DNA of 64,000 bases, taken from positions 372,001 through 436,000 of the forward strand of contig JASTWF010000342.1 in assembly GCA_030390025.1 (NCBI GenBank). The letters run 5' to 3'. The notes under the pieces are model-generated. The model did not search any database. It was not told the DNA's origin and saw only the letters and a program-made list of their open reading frames with translations. A program made the translations under genes and the position numbers. How positions within the stretch are numbered: position 1 is the stretch's first letter; each line of letters opens with the position of its first letter. Positions 48,814 to 62,792 of this stretch are shown one piece after another. Origin of the DNA: Squalus acanthias. Taxonomy: Eukaryota.

Positions 48814-49109
48814 CTGTTTCTCTCTCCACGGATGCTGCCTGGCCTGCTGAGTTTTTCCAGCGTTTTCTGTTGTTATTTCGGATTTCCAGCATCCGCAGTA
48901 TTTTGCTATCGTACTCTTTATCCTTGTTGGCATAACTATGATGTTCAGTCACATGTGGCATGTTGTGCCCTGTAGCTCCTGTTGACATTAATTTATTCAT
49001 GTTGAGGGCATCTTGGCTTGTGCAAGTATGAAGAGATTACTTTCCTACCTTGTTGCAAATTGCATCCATGCAAAAAAGTGCCTTCAGAAAATTGCACTGA
49101 TACTACATG

Positions 49110-49945
49110 CTACACTGATACTGATACGACATTCAGGCTTGGGCGGATAAGTGGCAAGTAACATTCACACCACACAAGTGTCAGGCAATGACTATCTCCA
49201 ACAAGCGAGAGTCAAACCACCGCCCCTTGACATTCAACGGCAGTACCATCGCCGAATCCCCCACTATCAACATCCTGGGGGTCACATTGACCAGAAACTT
49301 AACTGGACCAGCCACATAAATACTGTGGCAACAAGAGCATGTCAGAGGCTATATATTCTGCGGCAAGTGTCTCACCTCCTGACTCCCCAAAGCCTTTCCA
49401 CCATCTACAAGGCACAAGTCAGGAGTGTGATGGAATACTCTCCACTGGCTGGGATGAGTGCAGCTTCAACAACACTCAAGAAGCTCGACACCATCCGGGA
49501 CAAAGCAGCCCACTTGATTGGCAGCCCATCCACCACCTTAAACATTCCCTCCCTCCACCACCGGCGTACCGTGGCTGCAGTGTGTACCATCTACAAGATG
49601 CACTGCAGCAACTCGCCAAGGCTTCTTCAGCAGCACCTCCCAAACCCGTGACCTCTACCACCTAGAAGGACAAGGGCAGCAGACGCATGGGAACACCATC
49701 ACCTGCAGGTTCCCCTCCAAGTAATACACCATTCTGACTTGGAAATATATCGCTGTTCTGTCATCGTTGCTGGGTCAAAATCCTGGAGCTCCCTCCCTGA
49801 ACAGCACTATGGGAGTACCTTCAGCACTCGGACTGCAGCAGTTTAAGAAGGCGGCTCACCACCACCTTCTCAAAGGCAATTAAGGATGGGCAATAAATGC
49901 TGGCCTTGCCAGCGATGCCCACATCCCAGGAATGAATAAAAAAGA
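49110..49945 (+). mobile_element. 3' fragment of a CR1/L2-group (Daphne/Crack-like) LINE
   Basis: ORF 49151..49651 is nearly identical to 2120..2551; A-rich end gaatgaataaaaaag. Confidence 0.8.
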
Positions 49946-51268
49946 ACTAGGGCCCGGAGTTTGTGGTCAGCAGCGACGCGACGCCGATCGCAGCTGACCT
50001 CGAAGAAATCTGCCCAGAAAGATCTCGCGATCTCTGTGGCGTCAATTTCAGCTCTCCCAACCTTAGTTTGAATCTGGGACCTAAACAAGTGAATCAACAA
50101 CGTCCAGCAACAGTGATGTCATCAAGCTGGCTAAGGAGCCAATCACATTGAAGAATTCTCACAGACAGTAAACCAGGAAGTAAAATGCACAGATTATAGT
50201 TTACTTTTAATACATTTTGCAGAGAGCAAAATAAAGATTGGGACATACACATAGGACTATGGTAGAAGCTGAAATATCATAAACAAACTGTAAAAAAAAT
50301 TTAAAATGTTATTATATCATATTAATAGAAAAAATTGATAATCCATAAATATAAAATTAGTTTTTCAGGGCCAGAACAGTTCCTCAGCAGTCAGTACACC
50401 ATTAAAAACCCAGTAACACCTCTTTCAACAAGGCTTAACATTTTAGGGTTTTCTTTAACAGCGATATTCCATCATAAAAGAGGAAGTTTTTATCAGTTCA
50501 AGTAATTTGAATTCATTGCCAGCTCTGGGGAGTTCCACAACGCAACCTGTGGCAGAGCAAGCAGTGACTGGCCACAACTTCTAGACTCCCGTGTTTATCT
50601 GCGTATGTACTAAATCCTGAAGTTGTGGTCAGTTTCAGAGGGGTAATGATGGCAAACGCTGACAATTTTGCCATCATTACCACCATTATATCTGCGCCAT
50701 TGTGATTCAGTGTTCATTGCACCAGTGTGGGAAAAAAAACATCAGTTTCAGTGCAGGATGCTTCCACATATATCAGAATGATATATAATTCCCTTTGCTG
50801 GAATATTTAGGACTGCTTTCGAAAAAATTGACTTTAGTTGTACTGACATTATCTGCTGGTCTGAGTGTAATTTACAGACTACACCATACGACTATTTGAG
50901 ATTTGCAGCGTGACTAAAGTTAATTGGATCCCGATCTCCATTAATTGACTATATTGCTGTTTTGCTACACTGTCACAAAAGATTTATTGCTGTGATAAAC
51001 CCAATCTTGGTGTTGTGTTTAGTATTTTAATTTTAACAACAAATAATGGTTTGCATGATGGTTCGTGCCTGTAATTTGATTATCCAAACAAAGCTTGTCA
51101 TGAACTTAAAAGGACCTTAGCCGATGTTATATTAATAACTAATACAGAACAAAAATCTATTGTTACATTGATGTCTCCTTGATAACGAGTACACAGGGAG
51201 AGGTAACTAATCCAAGCACAAATTCTAACATTACAGGAGCTGTCAAAAAATTTAATATTTACTCCTTT

Positions 51269-52636
51269 GGCGTTAAATTGGTTATGACCCGAAAACGGGC
51301 ACAGGGATCGCGTTCTGCGATTAACCTGCACCTGTTCATTGTGTTGCAGGCAGCACGCTAAATTTGTGCTGTTTGCTGTTTTACATGATTGCTGCATGCA
51401 GCCAGTATTATCCGTGCTGTTCATTGGCTGCGCGCCTCAGCAGGAGACCTGATATCGCGAGTGTCTAGTGCTACTTAAATGCAGCCTGCACCTCTTTAAA
51501 GGGGAGGTGCATTGTGGCTGGAATAGGTGGTTGGAGTCCCTTGTGAACTGAAGCTGTGTTGGTAAAGATTGAAGAATGGCTGAATATGCGAGAGAGCATG
51601 CATCAACATTTTCCAGTAATGCATTGGAGGCCTTGGTGGAAGAGGTGGAATGGAGGAGAGCTGTCCTGTATCTGCAAGGGGGGCAGGAGGCCCTCCAGAC
51701 ACATGCTCAGCAGGCAGTGGGAAGAAATAGTGGCAGAGGTCAATGCCAGGAGTGTTGGTCCTAGAACCTCGATCCAGTGCAGGAAGAGGTTACTGAACTC
51801 ACGTGAGTCATCAAGGTGAGTGAGTTTATCTCCTATCAACTGCACCACTAACAATGTGCCCTACTTTGAGATTGCAGTTGTGGTTGCAGCAGTTGGCAGA
51901 ATTCATTCACGACCTTTTTAGTGAAGTGAAGACGTCTCATGCGTTGGTCATCACTAAAGTTAAGGTAAGAGAATTTATCTCTGAAGACCCTCCGTGGTTG
52001 GCCCCCTGCTGAGAGCCCTTCTCCCCCTCCTCCACCTCCTCCCTCTTCCAGCAGCTTGGCCTGCTCTGTGTAGCCTCTCTTCATTCTGTCACTCATGATC
52101 AATTCCAAGAGGAAGGCCTACCAGTCCACCCATGTCTGGAAGCAAATTGTTTCAGCAAAAACTTTTAAATGAACAAAAAAGTACTTCAGCACCAGCCAGA
52201 CCACTCCCTGTAGACTATTGAAACATTAGACAAGTATAAGAAAGCTCCAAAAATGGATACAATTGCACCAACAGCCAGAAGAAATAATCCAGCAACTAAC
52301 CTGTAAGTAGTTCATGATCCCTTTAAGTAACGCTGGTTTGGGTGTCCTTCATGCCGTGTAACATCGTGTTCAGTTGTTCGAGGTTAAGAGAGGGCCTAGG
52401 CTGGAGCATGGCATTTGAAAATGGCAACGCTGGTGTCGAATCAGCATTACACACTGATTGCCTTCATAATCTGCCTGCTCCACATGCTGTCAGCAGTCAT
52501 TAAGTGCACACGCGCAAACCCCTTTACCAAGATGGCGTCCGACGCAATTCCTGTTGGAATCACAGACGCCATTTTCGAGCATTAGGAGGCCATATAGCGT
52601 CTAAAAAATGGGCACTACAGAGCCCAATTTCTCCAC
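51269..52636. mobile_element. Harbinger internal-deletion derivative keeping the 5' ends of both genes
   Basis: Termini GGCGTTAAATTGG and CCAATTTCTCCAC. Myb exon 1 relic (+) at 51577-51816 (FSSNALEALVEEV..WEEIVAEVNARS..RTSIQCRK). Transposase N-terminal relic (-) at 51848-52135 (RVFRDKFSYLNFSDDQRMRRLHFTK). Confidence 0.8.
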
Positions 52637-53464
52637 TGTTGACTTTCTCTAGAATTCTTAGGTAGAGTGCATTTTGGGTCCAAGTCAATTTTCCTGTGCC
52701 AACAGTAACTGGGTGGTGCAGTGTAATTGAAGCCCTTGTATTTCTGGGTTCAGGTCATTTACAAAGGTCTGACCCTCCCCCAATGCAGGCTTACTCCCTG
52801 ACAGGCCCAGTGCTTGAAAGTGGGGGGACAAAAGTGGGTGAATGAGGCCAGTATCCTGAGCGGCCTGCAGCACTGCGAATGCTTGCCAACATCAAGGTCT
52901 TCTGACTGTTGTCCAACAACAGGAGCCATTGACAATGATACCAGTGAGTCATGGAAAAGATTGCTAGAGTAATATTATGTGGAATCAAGCACTGTGATGG
53001 CCAGGAAAGTATAATTTCCCCAGACAAATTGCAAGTAGATGTTGGGTATTTGTTTTTTGGCTGAGATGATCCCCAAAGGATAATGTGTGATGCTACGTTT
53101 ATAGTAAAGATGGAGGCAGAAAAACATCAGAATAATTAGATGAGAGATAATTAGTTTATTTAAAAGGAGTCAATTCAATTATATTATTGCTGAATTAAAT
53201 TCTCACTTCTCTGAAGTGGATTAAGGCAAATTAATTTAAAATTTGCAATCTCCTAAAGAGAGCTCATTAGAATCAAGTTTATATTACGTTTCAAAAAATA
53301 TGAAGAAGCGAATTTTATTGCCCTTTTTGATTCCTTGTACAGATCTTGATCGTACCTGCGTAGTTCATAATTTCTTCCTAAGTTAAATCTTCAGCGTGCA
53401 ATCTAAAATGTGTTGATTTTACAACATTCTTTGGAGTAATTTTTGCGTGGCCCACACAGTCGAT

Positions 53465-55085
53465 GAGAAAGGTGACATCTTTGAGAAAGGTGACATCTTC
53501 AAGAAAGGTGACAAGTCCGATTGCGGTAATTACAGAGGAGTCTCCCTGCTGTCTGCCACAGGGAAAGTCATCGCAAGAATCCTCGTCAATCGCCTTCTCC
53601 CAGTGGCTGAAGAGCTCCTCCCAGAGTCGCAATACGGATTCCGCTCACTAAGGGACACAATGGACATGATCTTCACCATGCGTCAACTACAAGAGAAACG
53701 CACGGAACAGCACCAACCACTGTACATGGCCTTCTTTGACCTCACAAAGGCCTTCGACACCGTCAACCGTGAGGGAATATGGACTGTCCTCCTCAAATTC
53801 GGCTGCCCTCAAAAGTTTGTCACCATCCTCTGCCTGCTTCATGATGACATGCAAGCAGTGATCCTGACCAACGGATCCACCACAGACCCAATTCACGTAC
53901 GGACCGGGGTCAAGCAAGGCTGTGTCATTGCACCAACGCTCTTCTCGATCTTCCTGGCTGCAATGCTCCATCTCACCCTCAGTAAGCTTCCCGCTGGAGT
54001 GGAGCTAATCTACAGAACAAACGGAAAACTGTTCAACCTCCGTCGCCTCCAGTCCAAATCCAAGGTCGTCCCATCCTCTGTCATCGAATTACAGTATGCA
54101 GATGACGCATGCGTCTGCGCACAGTCTGAGGCCAAACTCCAAACCATCATCAACACCTTCACCGAAGCGTACGGGAGCATGGGCCTTACCTTAAACATCC
54201 ATAAGACAAAGGTCCTCTACCAACCTGCCCCCACTAAACAGTACTGCTCCCCGATTATCTAAATCCATGATGAGGCCTTGGACAACGTGAACCACTTTCC
54301 ATACCTCCGGAGCCTACTGTCAACAAGGGCAGACGTCGATGACGAAGTCCAACACCGCCTTCAGTGTGCCAGTGCAGCCTTCGTTCGCCTGAGGAAGAGA
54401 GTGTTTGAGGACCAGGACCTCAAACCCAGCACCAAGCTCATGGTCTACAGAGCAGTAGTGATACCCGCCCTCCTGTATGCTTCAGAGACATGGACCATGT
54501 ACAGCAGGCACCTCAAAGCACTGGAGAGGTACCACCAACGCTGCCTCCGCAAGATCCTGCAAATCCATTGGCAGGATAGGCGCACCAACGTCAGGCCAAC
54601 ATCCCCATCATCGAAGCTTTGACCACGCTCGATCAGCTCCGATGGACGGGCCACCTTGTCCGCATGCCCGATACGAGACTCCCAAAACAAGCGCTCTACT
54701 CGGAGCTCCAACATGGCAAGAGAGCCCCAGGTGGGAAGAGGAAACGCTTCAAGGACACCCTCAAAGCCTCCTTGAAAAAGTGCAACATCCCCACCGACAC
54801 CTGGGAATCCCTGGCCCAAGACCGCACAAAGTGGAGGAGAAGCATCCGGGAAGGCACCGCACACCTCGAGTCTCTTCGCCGGGAGCAAGTGGAAGCCAAG
54901 CACAAACAGCGGAAGGAGCGCACGTCAACCCAAGCACCCCACTCACCCGCCCCTTCAACCACCATCTGCCCCACCTGTGACAGAGACTGTAGGTCCCGCA
55001 TTGGACTCATCAGTCACCTGAGAACTCATTTTTAATGTGGAAGCAAGTCATCCTCGGTTCCGAGGGACTGCCTAAGAAGAAGAAG
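53465..55085 (+). mobile_element. 5'-truncated RTE-clade LINE (RT + C-terminal C2H2 finger), frameshifted
   Basis: CGNYRGVSLLS, FFDLTKAFD, GVKQGCVIAPTLF, LQYADD, CPTC..HLRTH; (GAA)n tail. Confidence 0.93.
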
Positions 55086-55221
55086 CCTTGCACTAGTGGG
55101 TGGGAATTGCAAGCTCACAAATGTGCATGCTTTATTTGTACAAGACTACGCCACCAGTGCAGATCTTACAATATTCACCCCTTTACTAAAAACAGATGCA
55201 CTCATTTCTTAATAAGCTAGA

Positions 55222-56380
55222 ATTCTGTGCCCAGCCCAGGTGGAAACAGTTTCTCTTTATTTACTCTGTCAAAACCCTTCATGGTTTTCAACACCTCTAT
55301 CAAATCTGCCCTTAACCTTCTCTGCTCTAAGGAGAACAGACCCAGTTTCCCTAGTCTCTTCACGTAACTGAAGTTTTTCATCCCTGTACCATTCTAGTGA
55401 ATCGCCTCTGCCGTGTCTCTAAGTCCTTAACATCCTTCTTACAGGGTGTTGCCCAGAAATGTACACAATACGCCAGCTGGGGCTGAACCATTGTTTTATA
55501 AAGGTTTAGCATAACTTCCTCACTTTTATACTCTATGCCAATATTTATAAATCCAGGGATCCCGTATTTCTTTTTAACAGCCTTCTCAACTTGTCCTGCC
55601 ACCTTCAAAGACTTGTATATGTACACCCCCAGGTCTCTCTGTTCTTGCACCACCTTTAAAGTTGTACCATTTAGTTTATATTGCCTCTCATTCTTCGTAC
55701 CAAAATTAATTACTTCACACTTCTCTGTGTTAAATTTCATCTACCATGTGTCTGCTCATTTCTCCAGTCTGTCTATGTCCTCCTGGAGTCTGTTACTATC
55801 CTCCTCACTGTTTGCTACATTTCTGAGTTTTGTGTCATCTGCAACATTTGAAACTATGTCCCATATACCCAAGTCTAGGTCATTAACATAAATCGAAAAG
55901 AGCAGTGGTCCCAACACTGATCCCTGGGGGACACCACTGCATACTTCCCTCCAGTCTGAAAAACAATTGCTCACCACTACTCTCTGCTTTCTGTCCCTTA
56001 GCCAATTACGTATCCACACAGCCACTGCCCCTTTACTCCCATGGGCTTCACTTTTGCAAACAAGTCTATTATGTGGTATTTTCTCAAACACGTTTTGAAA
56101 ATCCATATACACGTTAACTGCACTGCCCTCATCAACCATCTCTGTTAATTCATCAAAGAACTCAATCAAGTTAGTCAAACACGAGTTGCCAGGTTTATCC
56201 CTCTTCCCTTTTTTGAACAGGGGGCTAACATTTGCAATCCTCCAGCCCTCTGGCACCACTCCCATATCTAAGGAGGATTGGAAGATTGTGGCCAGAGCCT
56301 TGCAATTTCCACCATTACTCCTCAGTAACCTCAGATGCATCCCATCAGGACTGGGTGACTTTTCTACTTTGTTTCTCTCC
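55222..56380 (-). mobile_element. CR1 LINE fragment (RT)
   Basis: ORFs 55756..56499 and 55378..55740 with [10 protein letters not shown] and VADDTK. Confidence 0.9.
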
Positions 56381-56867
56381 TGAATTATGAAATTGACAAA
56401 AGCCTGCTTTTTCTGTTTAATTTTAATCTCTATGGGAGCGAAATTGGGTGCCTTTGTGCCTCCCGTTAGTGCCCCCCGGGGGGCGGTAACGGAGCGCAAA
56501 TGGCTTTGCGACCGGGCGTGACACTGACATGGACTCCTGTCATATTCGGCAGGAGTTTTGCGGTGGTGCTATGGCGTTGCGTCCCAATCTCCTTCGCCCG
56601 GAGATCGTGACGCCATTGCCATGCGCATCGCCCTGGTAGCGACCCGGACCCGAAATTGACTTCCGCCCCCTGCAGCAGCGCTAGTTGAAAACACTGACAG
56701 CTGCAGTCTAATCGTTAGTCATCATTTCCACAGGCTCGTTCCAGTTGTTAAAGGGGAGGTTCATTTATGCTGCAGAACCTCATTCTGATCATTGCTGGTC
56801 TGCAGCTCTCTCATCGAGCAGCAGAAGGCCAAAGAGAAGGAACAGAACCACTGAAGGAGGTGTCATT

Positions 56868-58768
56868 ATGGCAGATCAACGGCTCAGGGAGAGAGCTCGC
56901 AGATTCTGCGATCAAGCATTGGAGGCGTTGATCTTCGCTGTGGAGAGACGGAGGGCGGTGCTGTACCCAACAAGTGGCAGGAGGCCCTCACTGCAAGTCT
57001 TCCCTGCCATGTGGAGGGAGGAAGCCCAGCAGGTCTCGGGCAGCACTGTGGTCCTCAGGACCCACACACAGTGCAGGAAGAAATTTACCGACCTCACTCG
57101 GGTGGTCAGGGTTAGTCAATGCTTCAACAAATGCTACATACCACCATCTGAACCTCAGTCTGCACACACTGCCCAAAGCATCATACCCCCAGCACTCACC
57201 CACCAACAATCTCTACCTACCAACACTCACACCCACATCTCGCACCTTGCACACAATGACAGCTATTCAACTATGGCAGGCACATCTTCCAAAACATTGC
57301 TCCACACTCACTCACACACTTTCCTTTCTCTTGCAGGCCAAGGTCGCTCACAACAGGAGGGAGCAGAAGCGCACAGGTGGGGGACAACCTGACACCCAAC
57401 CACTTTCTGAGCTGGAGGAAAGAGTGCTGCAGATCATTGGGCGCCAGGTGGTGGGCAGCGTGATCACTTGCGACATTGACCCCCTTGGGGACAACAACGG
57501 TATGTTCATCCCCACTCCTTCTCACATCCCACTTCCCCCTCACCCCACAAGCCTTTTGCACTTTCCAGCTAATCAGACTGTATGCATGCCTTTCTCCCTT
57601 CCTGCCCCCCTCCCCTCACCTTAACCCGACTCTTGTGCCTTTATGCTTTCAGATAATGAGCAAACAGCTGAGCAGCCTGTCACTGAGGGTGCCATATAGA
57701 GTGAGGCGGAAGAAGAGGAGGAGGAAGAACACACCGCGTCACTGCATGTCTCACCCGCAGGCACCAGCTCAGATACTGGCACTACGCGTTCTTTAGAGGC
57801 CAGTATATTAGTGGGATCTGCACAGGGTGATGCACCGGGGACGAGTGGGCTGCAGCAAGGCCAGGGGAAAGGGCAGCTCGGGAGTCAGCTCCCCAGAGGG
57901 CGAGTTCGCGCGCGAGTTCTGCCACACAGGACTCAGATGAAGACCTCGATGGGGAGGCCTTTAGAAGAAGGGTGATGGGCATGCACACGGAGATGATAGG
58001 TGCAATGGCAAGGGTGCCCGAGAGCCTCTTGGCAATGGTAAGGAGTATGGAGGAGTCCGCCTCCAACATTTCACAAGGCTCTGCGCACACCATGGAGCCC
58101 ATCATTTCTAGTCTGCAAAGGATGGTAGACTCCCAGAGAGACCGTGGTGACCCAGACCTGATGCCGTGTGTGATGAGCGATCTGGCAGCTTCCATTGCAG
58201 CACAGGCGGAAGTGACGTAATGTTTTAGTGCTGTAATGCAGTCTCTGCTTGGTGGCATCCAATCTCAGACTGCTCTCAAGCAGTCGCAGCTTGATGCCAC
58301 GCAAGCTCTGACTGCTGCCATCGTGGCTGGGTCCACCACCATCGGCCGGGGCTTTCACTGTGTCGCAGCAGGCTAGCAATCTGTGCTCCAGCAGATTGGT
58401 AGTGATGCTGAGGTGCTGCCCCGGGGGAGTGCCAGTTGGTCAGTGAAACAGGAACCTGCTGTCCTCTCTCAGGATGACAGCATTCCTGCTCCCACCACTG
58501 CCACTCCGCCAGTGCCCCTGTTGCTGTCTGTCATCCAGCCAGCTCAGACTGCTGCTGCACATGCTGAGGTGGTGGAGTTTACAGCCGGGCCTTCCAGGCC
58601 CAGAGCTAGTCGAGGGCATCCTGCAAGGCCATCTGAAGTCTCCCGCACAGACACTCAGTAACCTTCCACCTGCCGTGCTGCAGCCACTGGGCCAACACTT
58701 CGTAGGAGCACTAGAGTAGGTAAGGCACTGTAACAAGGGGCACTAAGGGATTGCACAAGGGTGAATAG
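56868..58768 (+). pseudogene. Myb/SANT-like partner gene, 3 exons (56868-57110, 57337-57499, 57653-58768); exon 3 has stops and a frameshift
   Basis: MADQRLRERARRFCDQALEALI..W..TQCRKKFTDLTRVVR; GT-AG boundaries present. Confidence 0.9.
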
Positions 58769-58933
58769 CTAATAATGTTGTTGTGAATATATGTTTACTG
58801 ATTATTGATAACATTATTAATTGGCTTTGGATGATTTTGTGCTGTGTCTCATTTCAGCTTTGTGCTGTGATATGGCCAGCGACAGGGATGGAATGATGGG
58901 GATGTGGTCAGCAACTGGGACCTGGGGTTTAAT

Positions 58934-60067
58934 TTATTGGAACCGTAGTCTGATGAGGTGGTCACGGACCGCCCTTCCAGAAGGCCGATTGAGTGGCTGC
59001 CTCCTCCCTCGCTCCTGTTCCTCCTCCTCCTCCTTGTCCTCCTCCTCCACTCCCTCTTCTTCCTCCTGAGGTGGTCCCGCAATCCCTGGTGGAAAGGGCT
59101 GGGCCCTCATGATGGCCAAGTTGTGAAGCATGCAGCAGACCACAACAAAATGGGACACCTGCTCAGCTGAGTACTAGAGAGTTCCTCCCAAGCGGTCAAG
59201 CAGAACCGTTGCTTGAGCATCCCAATGGTCTGCTCAAAGATGTTCCTGGTGGCAGCATGGCTCTCATTATATGAGTACTGAGCCGGAGTGTTGGGATTGA
59301 GGAGGGGAGTCATGAGCCAGTCGGAGAGTGGATAACGTTTGTCTCCGACCAGCCAGCCACGAGCTTGATGTTATGGCTGGAAGAGTGCTGACACACCAGT
59401 CTGGCGCAGGATGAAGGCATCGTGGCTGCTGCTAGGATAGCAGGCATTCACATTGAGGATTCGTTGTCTGTGGTCACACACCAACTGCACATTAAGTGAG
59501 TGGTAGCCTTTGCGATTATGGAAGATGTTAGGATTGTTATGTGGTGCCCACAAAGCCATGTGGATGCAGTCAATGGCGCCCTGCACCATGGGGATGCCCG
59601 CTATCCTGGCAAAGCACATTCGTCCTGCTTCTCTCTGGTGATGGGGAAGGAAATGTAATCCCTACTGTAGCAAGCCTCTGTGACCTCCCAGACTGCAAGA
59701 TGTTCACTATATCTCCTGTTGCAGACTGGAAGGATCCGCTGGTGAAGAAATTGAGGGCGACGGTGACCTTGACTGCCACTGAGAGAGCCGTGGTTGACCT
59801 GATCTGAGGCTTGAGGTCTAGTTGCAGGAGGTGGCAGAGTTCGGTAACCACATCCTTGCTGAAGTGGAGCCTCCTAATACACTGCTCCTCACTTAATTGG
59901 AGGTAGGAGAAGTGCTCTTGGAATACCCTCGGAGGGTAAGGCCTCCTGTTGAGAGCCCTGATGGCCCTCCTCCTCCCTCTGGCCACATCTTGCAATCTTT
60001 CTCGTTGCCTCCGCTCCCTCTGCAGTAGATCCTGGAGGGCGAGGTCGACTGCCAGTACAGCCCCCAT
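58934..60067 (-). pseudogene. Harbinger transposase, frameshifted
   Basis: [46 protein letters not shown] and [13 protein letters not shown]. Confidence 0.92.
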
Positions 60068-60470
60068 TAATGTAATGATGTGTAGCACTTTGAAATTTTG
60101 TCACAATAAATGTAACAAATTTTTAGTATCCACAACACTCCTGATACTAAAGACCCTTTAAATGACTGAATTAAACTCTTGCACAATTGCAAACTGACAA
60201 GGAAGCAATGAAACAGCACTAACCTGATAGCTGCGACTCAACCCTTTAAATATCAGCTCAGGCGCTGCCATCAGCCAGCTTCACACCTCCTCTTCCTGTC
60301 GTTGTCGGGGCAAGGCACTAAGGCAGGGGGCGATAATCAATTTGGCAGATCGGGTGCTCAGTGAGCGTGCAGCGCTGGATTCGCCTCACTCTGGCGCTAT
60401 TTCATGAGCGCCCCGTTAGCACTCCAGCCAGGCGCTAACGGGAGGCGCTAACCAACTAAATTTCTACCCC

Positions 60471-62692
60471 TCTATCTGTGTCTACTCTGTCAAAAATGTT
60501 CATAATATTAAAGACCTCTATTAGGTCAACCCTTAGCCTTCTCTTTTCAAGAGAAAAGAGACCCAGCATGTTCAACCTTTCCTGATATGTATACCCTCGC
60601 TTTTCTGGTATCATCCTTGTAATCATTTTTGCATATTTTCCAGTGCCTTTGTATCCTTTTTATAATATGGCGACCAGAATTATACGTAGTACTACAAGTT
60701 TGGTCTAACCAAGGTTCGATACAAGTTTAGCATAACTTCTCTAGTTTTCAATTCAATCCCTCTAGAAATAAACCCACTGCTTGGCTTGCTTTGTTATGGC
60801 CTTGTTAACCTGTGTCGCTACTTTCAGTGACTTGTGTATTTGATCTCTTTGCTCTTCTACCCCACTTAGATTCGTATTTTCCAAGTAATATGTGACCTCC
60901 CTATTTTTCTTACCAAAATGTAATACCTCACATTTATCTGTGTTGAATTTCATTTGCCAATTATATGCCCATTCTTCAAGTTTATTAATTTCTTCTTGTA
61001 ATTTGTTGCAGTCCTCTTCAGTATTGACTATCTCCCCCCCCCCCCCCCCCATTTGGTGTTATTGCAAATTTAGAAATTGTGTTTTTGATTCCAAAGTCTA
61101 AATCGTTAATGTAAATTGTGAACAACAGTGGTCCCAGCACTGATCCTGGTGGAACACTACTTCCCACCTTCTGCCACTCTGAATAGCTACCCTTTACCCC
61201 TACTCTCTGCTTTCTGTCTTGAAGCAAGCTAGTTATCCATTCTGCTACTTGTCCCTGACTCCGCATGCTCTGATCTTACTCATTAGTCTTTTATGTAGTA
61301 CCTTATCAAAGGCCTTTTTAAATTCTAGATATATTACATCTACTGCATTACCCTTGTCTACTCTCTCTGTTACCTCTTCAAAAAATTCAATGAGGTTGGT
61401 CAAGCAAGACTTTCCCTTTTGAAATCCATGCTGACTATTCATTATTATATTTTTGGTTTCTAAATGTTCTTCTATTTTCTCCTTTAGTAGGGATTCCATT
61501 ATTTTTCCTACCACCGATGTTAAGCTGACTGGTCTATAGTTCCCTGGACATGTTCTATCTCCCTTCTTAAATATAGGTATTACATTAGCTATCCACCAGT
61601 CCTCTGGCACTACATCTTGTTCTAATGAATTATTAAATATGTGTGGTAATGCCTCTGCTATCTCTTCCCTAGATTCTTTTAAAATGCATGGATGTAATCG
61701 TCCAGACTAGGGGTTTTATCCTCTTTGAGTTTATTTACTATTTCTCGTCTTTTTATTTTAAATGCAGTTATCTCATTTCTAATCTCATCATCTGATGTCA
61801 TGCTCACCTGTTCTGTCTCCCTGGTAAATACTGAAGCAAAGTAATTATTTAATATTTATGCCATCTCTGTATCGCTGCCTGTGATATTATCCTGTCCATC
61901 CCTTAGTGGCCCTATTCCCATCCCAACTTTCCGTTTTTAAAAATGTGCCTGTAAAATATTTTATTATTTTGTTTTATGTTCCTTGATAATTTAATTTTAT
62001 CGTTCCTTTTTGCCTTTCTAATATTTTTTTGACTTCTCTCCGAATCTCTTCATATTTTCCCTTGTCGTGCTCTCCCCTGCTGTCCATGTACTTAATGTAT
62101 GCCTTTTTCCTTAGCCTCAATTTTTCCATACTGTCTTTATTCATCCATAGTATCTCATTCGTGTTTCGCTTGTTCTTGTTTTTAGCTGAATATATTTTTC
62201 CTGCACTCTTTTGAACACCGTTTTAAATATTTCCCATTACTGTTCTACATCATTGTTTGCCAATATTGTGGATCATTTTATTTTCCCCAGTTCTATTCTC
62301 AGCCCCGCAAAATCATCTTTTCTCCAATCTACTACCCGAGTCTTCGTCATATTTATGTCCTTCTCAATTATTATCTTAAAGCGTATTATATGATGGTCAA
62401 TATTGTTCCCCGACTTTTGCTTCTTTTATCTGCTTTGGTTCATTCTCCATTACTAGATCCAATAGCGTGTCCTCCCTTGTTGGGCTTCTTACATAGTGGG
62501 TTAGAAAGGAGTCCTGTACACATTGTAGGAACTCCATTCCATTATTTTTTTATTCATTTCCCACATTTGTTTGCATATTTCTTCTGTAGATTACCCCTAT
62601 TAGTGTGATTGATCCTTTATTATCTTTTATCTCTATCCACATGGATTCTATTTTTGTCTTGCTGAAAGCTGCGTCGCTTTTTTCTATTGCCA
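60471..62692 (-). mobile_element. Old CR1 LINE (mid-APE through RT)
   Basis: ORFs 61245..61610, 61018..61266 and 60762..61052 carry RT motifs. Confidence 0.9.
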
Positions 62693-62792
62693 CGTCAGAA
62701 GAATAGGAAAACAGAATATATTTTAAATAGTGAGAAACCATTAAATGTTGGTGTTCAGAGACATTTAGGTGTCCTCTTACAAAAAACGCAGA

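Larger units (their letters stand above)
48500..48911. mobile_element. Penelope-like retroelement terminal repeat in inverted (palindromic) arrangement
   Basis: About 180-bp arms at 48500-48680 and 48698-48877; 14-bp TSD TACTCTTTATCCTT; a hammerhead motif in each arm. Confidence 0.85.
56434..60470 (-). mobile_element. PIF/Harbinger DNA transposon copy D (family 2), full length, inverted relative to B
   Basis: Termini GGGAGCGAAATT and AATTTCTACCCC; TSD TAT/TCT; both genes colinear with copy B. Confidence 0.92.

Noticed and set aside
49950..50700. Possible further Harbinger-type MITE
   Set aside because: Termini are too degenerate to pair and no TSD was found.
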